DNA from: a bacterium
GTDB taxonomy: Bacteria; Pseudomonadota; Gammaproteobacteria; GCA-002705445; GCA-002716945
DNA length: 64,000 nt
Direction: 5' to 3'
Assembly (NCBI GenBank): GCA_029979505.1
Contig: JAPOHH010000006.1
Coordinates: 1,237 to 65,236 of the forward strand
Part shown: piece by piece, positions 59,126-64,000 of the stretch
Layout of the letters: the number at the start of each line of letters is the position of its first letter
How positions within the stretch are numbered: the stretch's first letter is position 1
Position numbers and translations under genes: made by a program
Notes under the pieces: generated by a model
The model's input: only the letters and a program-made list of their open reading frames with translations
Told to the model about the DNA's origin: nothing
Databases searched by the model: none

Positions 59126-59748
59126 TTCATGTGCGCTGTTAAAAGCTTAGTTACCGAGTGTTCAATATTAATTTTTAATCTTTCGTTTGTAGCGCGGAAA
59201 TAACTTTCAAAAAGAACAGTAGGTATAGCAACGGACAATCCTACGGCAGTAGTTAGTAAAGCTTCCCAGATACCTCCTGACAAAGTTGAAGGGTTAATAT
59301 TGTTTCCAGCCATCTCCATTTGTTGAAATGCATCAATCATCCCAAAAACTGTCCCAAGTAAACCCAACAATGGAGCTACCATTGCAATGACCTTGAGTGT
59401 ATCTAAATTTGAATCATAGTACTCCAAGCGCTCTTGGCTTAATCTTGATACTTCTTCTCTAAGGTATCTCTCTTTGTCACCATCAATGTTATTTTTAAGC
59501 AGGTGGTACATAGTGAAAGATACAACCTCTTTCTGAGGATGTGTGTCTTTAGATATGTTTGCATAGGCTTCCTCTTTATTATTATTTAGCCACATACTCA
59601 CACTAGAATCAGTCACATCCTTAGTAAAGAAATTTACTTTAAACAAGATATGTAATTTATAAATTACAATAGATAATACATATACGGAAAGTCCAAGTAA
59701 AATGTAGACTACAGGTCCGCCTTTAATTAGAAGTGAAGCAAATTCCAT
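59122..59748 (-). CDS. MotA/TolQ/ExbB proton channel family protein
   Basis: KGGPVV, APLLGLLGTVFGMI, SGGIWEALLTTAVGL; start set at 59748. Confidence 0.88.
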   Translation of the reverse strand: MEFASLLIKGGPVVYILLGLSVYVLSIVIYKLHILFKVNFFTKDVTDSSVSMWLNNNKEEAYANISKDTHPQKEVVSFTMYHLLKNNIDGDKERYLREEVSRLSQERLEYYDSNLDTLKVIAMVAPLLGLLGTVFGMIDAFQQMEMAGNNINPSTLSGGIWEALLTTAVGLSVAIPTVLFESYFRATNERLKINIEHSVTKLLTAHMN

Positions 59749-59767
59749 ATTTTTTATTACAGAAACA

Positions 59768-59799
59768 TAGTCTAACAGAGATTTCACTCTGTTAGACTA
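59768..59799 (-). terminator. Terminator-like hairpin after TonB-dependent receptor
   Basis: 13-bp stem TAGTCTAACAGAG / CTCTGTTAGACTA, 6-nt loop; weak U-tract. Confidence 0.6.
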
Positions 59800-59808
59800 A
59801 ATATTTAT

Positions 59809-61788
59809 TTAGAACTCATAATTTATAGAGCCAAATAAGCTTCTACCTGGCTCATCTGTTCTATCTGCAGCTGAATCTAAATTATTAGTGGTATTCAAAT
59901 GAGTCGCATATCTTTTATCAGTTATATTACTCATACCTACAGTAAAGCGAAGATTTGGTGAGGGTTCAAATCCTGCGAATATATCATAAACTGTATATCC
60001 ACCTGTGCCACCAGCAACATCTAAGACTTTTGAATCAAATCGATCCTGTGAATCAGCGAAATTAATCCTCAAACCATAATTACTTTTTGCTGATTTAATC
60101 TCAAAGGTTAAATCACCTGCTAGAGGCATAATCTGTGGCAGTGGTCTATTTTGTGTATCATCTTCACCTCGGGTGTAATTAAGATTCAATGTAGTATCAA
60201 TGCCTAACATCATACGGTGTGCAGTGATTTCATAGCCATATAATGTGGCATCAACGTTCTTGTATGTTCTTGTGCCCATAGCTGCATCAGCTACTCTATG
60301 AGTTGTGACATAATCATCTACATCATTATAAAAAACTGAGCCTGTAATATGATTTCCAAGGAACATACCTTCATGCCCTAGTTCTATAGTCATGTGACGC
60401 TCAGAAGATAAATGTGGGTTACCAACATGTCTCATCATTGCGCTGCTATTTTGTTTCGCATTAAAAAGCTCTGTGGCATCTGGCGCTCTTTCATTAATAC
60501 TTACATTAAGATATGAAGATCCACCAATAAGATTGCTGAACCTCAGGAAACCGCTTATATTATCAAAATCTCTTTTGGTTGCAGCTGCATAACCGCCATT
60601 GGCTGCTACTGCATATACAGTGTTTGCCGAATGTTGCATCATACCTCCCCCAGTATCAACATTAGCTCTTGTGGGGTCTAACTCTACTTGATCATATCTA
60701 AGTCCATAAGAAATATTATTCATATCTTTTTCGAAGAATAGTCCTAATTTTTCAGTTTCTACATCAGGCCATAAATATGTATTCAATGTACCACCCATAG
60801 TTTGTTCAGCATTTTTTGTATTATGCTCATAGTCCAAACCAGCTCTAATATTAGTACCGATAGTTCCAATAATCCTTCCGCCATATGTATCGGATGATGT
60901 CGGTGTGGCCATAGCCGTACCGCCACTTCTCAATGTTCTATTGTCCATAAGATGATCAATATCTGTATTAAACAATTCGAGATTCATATTCGAAAAAATA
61001 CCAATAGGTGTAACCCTATGATACTTAAACGTGTACATATCAGTATAACTGTAAACAATATCCATCATTAATCCTGGATATCCAACTTTATCTTGTCGGT
61101 TATTAGAATAATTTAACTCTATTTTAGAACCATCTGATAAAAGGGTACCGAGTATGATTGTGTAATCAGTTGTCGAATATTCAGTTAAGGGTTTAATTCC
61201 AGTGCCTGTTTCATAATTGCCAGCATTTGTAGCTGAACCGTTAAGTCTTAAATATGAAGATGATGATAATGGAAATATCATATTCCCGCTTGTTGTATAA
61301 GCACCTGCATTAGAATCAAAGTTCTGTCCAATTCTAAATTCAGGTTTAGTGACTGGGTTTGTGACACGTTTAAAACTTACTACACCTCCAGGACCTCCTG
61401 CTCCAAATAAGACAGATTGTGTCCCTTTTATAACTGTGACAGAGTCATAGTTATTAACATTAGCATAAGTACTAGCTGGATCCATTTTTGCAGAACAAGC
61501 CCCATAGACCATAGCGCCATCTAAAAATGTATTTAAACGTTGATCACTTTGTCCACGGATTACTGCATCAAGTCCATGTCCACCTCTTCTAATAGTATTT
61601 ACGCCATTAATATTTTTAAGCAAGTCACCGCCATCAACTGCATTTCTTGTGTCGACTTCTTCAATAGCCTCATTGCTTATAGTAGCTTTATCCATTACAG
61701 GACTACTTATTTGTATATCGGTTAATTCTTCAGCTGAAACATTCGTTATAAGTGTAATGCTGAAGACGAAAAATAATAATCTGTTCAT
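59809..61788 (-). CDS. TonB-dependent receptor, OprC/NosA-like copper type
   Basis: Plug GACSAKMDP (CxxxM Cu motif), Met-rich loops (GGGMMQH, SAMMRH), C-terminal EPGRSLFGSINYEF. Confidence 0.85.
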   Translation of the reverse strand: MNRLLFFVFSITLITNVSAEELTDIQISSPVMDKATISNEAIEEVDTRNAVDGGDLLKNINGVNTIRRGGHGLDAVIRGQSDQRLNTFLDGAMVYGACSAKMDPASTYANVNNYDSVTVIKGTQSVLFGAGGPGGVVSFKRVTNPVTKPEFRIGQNFDSNAGAYTTSGNMIFPLSSSSYLRLNGSATNAGNYETGTGIKPLTEYSTTDYTIILGTLLSDGSKIELNYSNNRQDKVGYPGLMMDIVYSYTDMYTFKYHRVTPIGIFSNMNLELFNTDIDHLMDNRTLRSGGTAMATPTSSDTYGGRIIGTIGTNIRAGLDYEHNTKNAEQTMGGTLNTYLWPDVETEKLGLFFEKDMNNISYGLRYDQVELDPTRANVDTGGGMMQHSANTVYAVAANGGYAAATKRDFDNISGFLRFSNLIGGSSYLNVSINERAPDATELFNAKQNSSAMMRHVGNPHLSSERHMTIELGHEGMFLGNHITGSVFYNDVDDYVTTHRVADAAMGTRTYKNVDATLYGYEITAHRMMLGIDTTLNLNYTRGEDDTQNRPLPQIMPLAGDLTFEIKSAKSNYGLRINFADSQDRFDSKVLDVAGGTGGYTVYDIFAGFEPSPNLRFTVGMSNITDKRYATHLNTTNNLDSAADRTDEPGRSLFGSINYEF

Positions 61789-61827
61789 TTTTCCTCCAGA
61801 TTAATCGTTAAATTAAAAAATAAATAA

Positions 61828-62238
61828 TTATACGATTGGAGGAGCTCTAACTTGATTTGTATATGGTGTTAACGATTTTACGTTAGGAGCGTAAAAAAAA
61901 TAGTTGATTGAAGGTTTTTGATTTAATACTAAAGTAATGTTTGATGGAGAGATAATTAAGTCTATTGAGGCTGTATCTACAGATTCACAACATACACAAT
62001 CAACTTGCATATCACTTAAAATAGCTGTGTTTATTTTATCTAGTAAATTAGATATCTTTTGAGCATGAGAGATTGATCCTGAATATTTGCTACCACATAG
62101 TTCGGCATGTAGATGCTCAAATCCATTTCCATCATTTACTTTATTGAGTCCAATAATCGTATAGCTATGCAGTGGTTGCAAAGCTACAAGAAGAACTAGA
62201 AATATTTTGAATAAGTTTTTAATTTTTAAATACCCCAA
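61828..62238 (-). CDS. DUF2946/CruR-like leader protein with CxxC and C-terminal RAPP
   Basis: Hydrophobic N-terminus, HLHAELC, CVCC, QVRAPPIV-stop; 39 nt upstream of receptor. Confidence 0.65.
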   Translation of the reverse strand: MGYLKIKNLFKIFLVLLVALQPLHSYTIIGLNKVNDGNGFEHLHAELCGSKYSGSISHAQKISNLLDKINTAILSDMQVDCVCCESVDTASIDLIISPSNITLVLNQKPSINYFFYAPNVKSLTPYTNQVRAPPIV

Positions 62239-62273
62239 AGATAAAGTATCAAATATTTAATTAATTTAAAAGA

Positions 62274-62388
62274 GAAGATACTCAGAATAGGGAAATAAGG
62301 AAGCTGAGTATCTTCGATCTAAAGCCTGGTCGCAGGGAATCCGACCAGGCTCATTCATATCATCGGAGAACGATATAAAATATTTTTT
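62274..62388 (+). ncRNA. Candidate small RNA: three tandem hairpins with GGA in or next to each loop (Csr/Rsm-like)
   Basis: Stems 62274-85/62304-15 (12 bp), 62323-32/62342-51 (10 bp), about 62358-65/62371-77; loops AGGGAA..AAGGAA, CAGGGAA, GGAG; T-run follows. Confidence 0.45.
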
Positions 62389-62390
62389 GC

Positions 62391-63998
62391 TTAAAAGTCT
62401 AGTGATATGCCTGCCATCACAGTCTGTGGTTTGTTAGCTCTAAAGCCATAGTTGTGTGCAGAAGCAATGTATTCTTTATCAAATAAATTATCAATGTTTA
62501 AGAATGCTCGTGCTCCTGTATAGCCCATTGAGTCTAGACTCATACCACTTCTAAAGTCATATATCCAAGCGCTTTCTGTTTTATCAGAGCTACTTGAACC
62601 TTTGTTATAGACTTCATCGTTGTATTTTGCAGATAACTGCATATCCCAGTTATTTGTCTCAGCACCAAGAGAAACATAATAGATCTCCTCTGGTGTGTAC
62701 GCTATTCTAGCTCCGTCCACAAACTCACCACTGTTCGTAGTTACATCATGTTCTGCTTCCTGAAGCGTTACAGATATAGCCATTGGATATCTGATCCCAG
62801 ACCCAGCAGCTTCAGCACCTTTCATTTGAGGAGCCGCAAATAAGTTGTTGACTCTGTATAAGAATTCAATACCTGTTACATGAGCTTCACCAGCACTTTT
62901 TGCGTCCTGAGATGCGTCAGCACAACCTGATGCAATATTACATGTCTCATTTAGGTTCTCATAATCTACATGGAATCCAATAATTTCCATTTGACTATTA
63001 GCACCCATTGAACGATAACCTATTTCATAATTGTCAGATTCTTCTGGTTTTGCTCCTCCATTACCTGAAGGCATATAACCTTGGCTATATCCTATAAATG
63101 CAGATGCACCATTGCCCATGTTATATACTGTACTTGCAGCAAGCATAGTTTCACTGTTTTCAGCTGTACGAGAGTCTCCTGCAACACTATAGTTGTATTC
63201 CCAGTATTCTACATCTTCATGTCTTAAACCAAGTGTTGTAACAAAGTTACCATGTGTAATGCGGTCTACAAGACTTACAGACACTGCAGACGCATAATCA
63301 TCATTAGCATTACCTGAGTTTACGTAATCAGATGATACCAATGACATAGTGTTATTTGATCCGAGTGTATAATACTCAGAAATACCACTATCTAGTCTGT
63401 CACGATAATCTCTGTGACTTCTAAGTCCAAATGTAATGTCATGTGCACCCATGATTGTATTAAGACGTAAGTCATAACCATACATACCATAGTCTCTATG
63501 TCCAAGTGAACGTTTGATTTTTTCGCCTGTAAGCATAGCTGCTTGATTAGTTACAATGTTACATGCTCTAACTAGTGTATTCGATGCATGGACACAATCA
63601 GTAGCCCAGTCAATTGCAGACAATTTTACAGTTGTCGCTCCATTTGAGTAATCTGAACCATCAGTAGCAACACTTATTTCACCAACTTTTTTCCAGTTAC
63701 GGCTGTATTTAGCTTTATATACTTTAGCGACCAAGTTTGTTGTTGGACTTATGTCCAGTCCATACGTAAAGATATATCTGTGATAATCATTATCCATTTT
63801 ATCTCTAGAAGAAATTGCATATCTTCTATATGGGTTAGCAAGAAAATCTGTTCTTGTTACACCAATGTATGATGCATGTGATGTTTCAGAAGTATTCTGA
63901 CTAGAAAATTCCATGAAAGAACTTGGCATGGTATATCTAATTTTGAATAAATCTGAATTTTTTCTAAAACCAGAATTAGTATCATTACCGGCACCTGC
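62391..63998 (-). CDS. TonB-dependent receptor (FecA-like), 5' end outside window
   Basis: Frame open to window edge; PEESDNYEIG, NIDNLFDKEY, terminal ISLDF barrel strand. Confidence 0.85.
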   Translation of the reverse strand, partial: AGAGNDTNSGFRKNSDLFKIRYTMPSSFMEFSSQNTSETSHASYIGVTRTDFLANPYRRYAISSRDKMDNDYHRYIFTYGLDISPTTNLVAKVYKAKYSRNWKKVGEISVATDGSDYSNGATTVKLSAIDWATDCVHASNTLVRACNIVTNQAAMLTGEKIKRSLGHRDYGMYGYDLRLNTIMGAHDITFGLRSHRDYRDRLDSGISEYYTLGSNNTMSLVSSDYVNSGNANDDYASAVSVSLVDRITHGNFVTTLGLRHEDVEYWEYNYSVAGDSRTAENSETMLAASTVYNMGNGASAFIGYSQGYMPSGNGGAKPEESDNYEIGYRSMGANSQMEIIGFHVDYENLNETCNIASGCADASQDAKSAGEAHVTGIEFLYRVNNLFAAPQMKGAEAAGSGIRYPMAISVTLQEAEHDVTTNSGEFVDGARIAYTPEEIYYVSLGAETNNWDMQLSAKYNDEVYNKGSSSSDKTESAWIYDFRSGMSLDSMGYTGARAFLNIDNLFDKEYIASAHNYGFRANKPQTVMAGISLDF

Positions 63999-64000
63999 AT

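Noticed and set aside
1536-61725. Numerous 60-150 aa ORFs antisense to or nested in known genes (e.g. 1536, 3322, 9475, 15929, 25781, 52666)
   Set aside because: Shadow frames of well-supported genes, with no SD or motifs
62274-62388. Cobalamin riboswitch (AGGGAA resembles its core)
   Set aside because: No B12-box or GCCACUG elements, and on that strand there is no downstream gene to regulate
1-64000. tRNA, rRNA, IS elements, integrases
   Set aside because: No cloverleaf/T-loop context, rRNA-like tract or transposase/integrase motif recognised

Overview
AT-rich (roughly 30% GC by eye), densely packed chromosome segment of a Gram-negative bacterium, very probably a streamlined sulfur-oxidizing gammaproteobacterium. 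Housekeeping blocks: amgK-murU; mrdA-rodA-mltB-dacA-dat; lptD-surA-pdxA-rsmA; clpB; rplU-rpmA-obgE-proB; rpsT; murJ-ribF-ileS-lspA-fkpB-ispH. Sulfur genes: a complete reverse (oxidative) Dsr operon dsrABEFHCMKLJOPNR (53372 to 41192) and a divergent accessory cluster (TauD-like, small protein, stand-alone Cas6-like protein, Cys-less DsrC paralog, Alvin_2107-like). The right end has a copper/TonB uptake region. I found no tRNA, rRNA, CRISPR array, transposase or prophage. Main observations read from the sequence: (1) an unannotated tandem SAM-II/SAM-V riboswitch (24426-24569) with a terminator/antiterminator and an SD-sequestering platform, controlling a 120-aa gene I cannot assign; (2) a Cas6-like gene with no CRISPR context inside the sulfur accessory cluster; (3) a shared TATTAG-N6-CTAATA palindrome 25-56 nt upstream of dsrA, dsrL, the DsrC paralog, an AlkB/XylM-like monooxygenase and a DUF1326 gene, suggesting one regulon; (4) a BamE-LptD fusion; (5) an intact but catalytically eroded mini pyruvate kinase; (6) a CxxC/RAPP leader ORF before an OprC-like receptor and a nearby GGA-loop multi-hairpin RNA candidate. 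All family assignments come from motif recognition by eye, not database searches.
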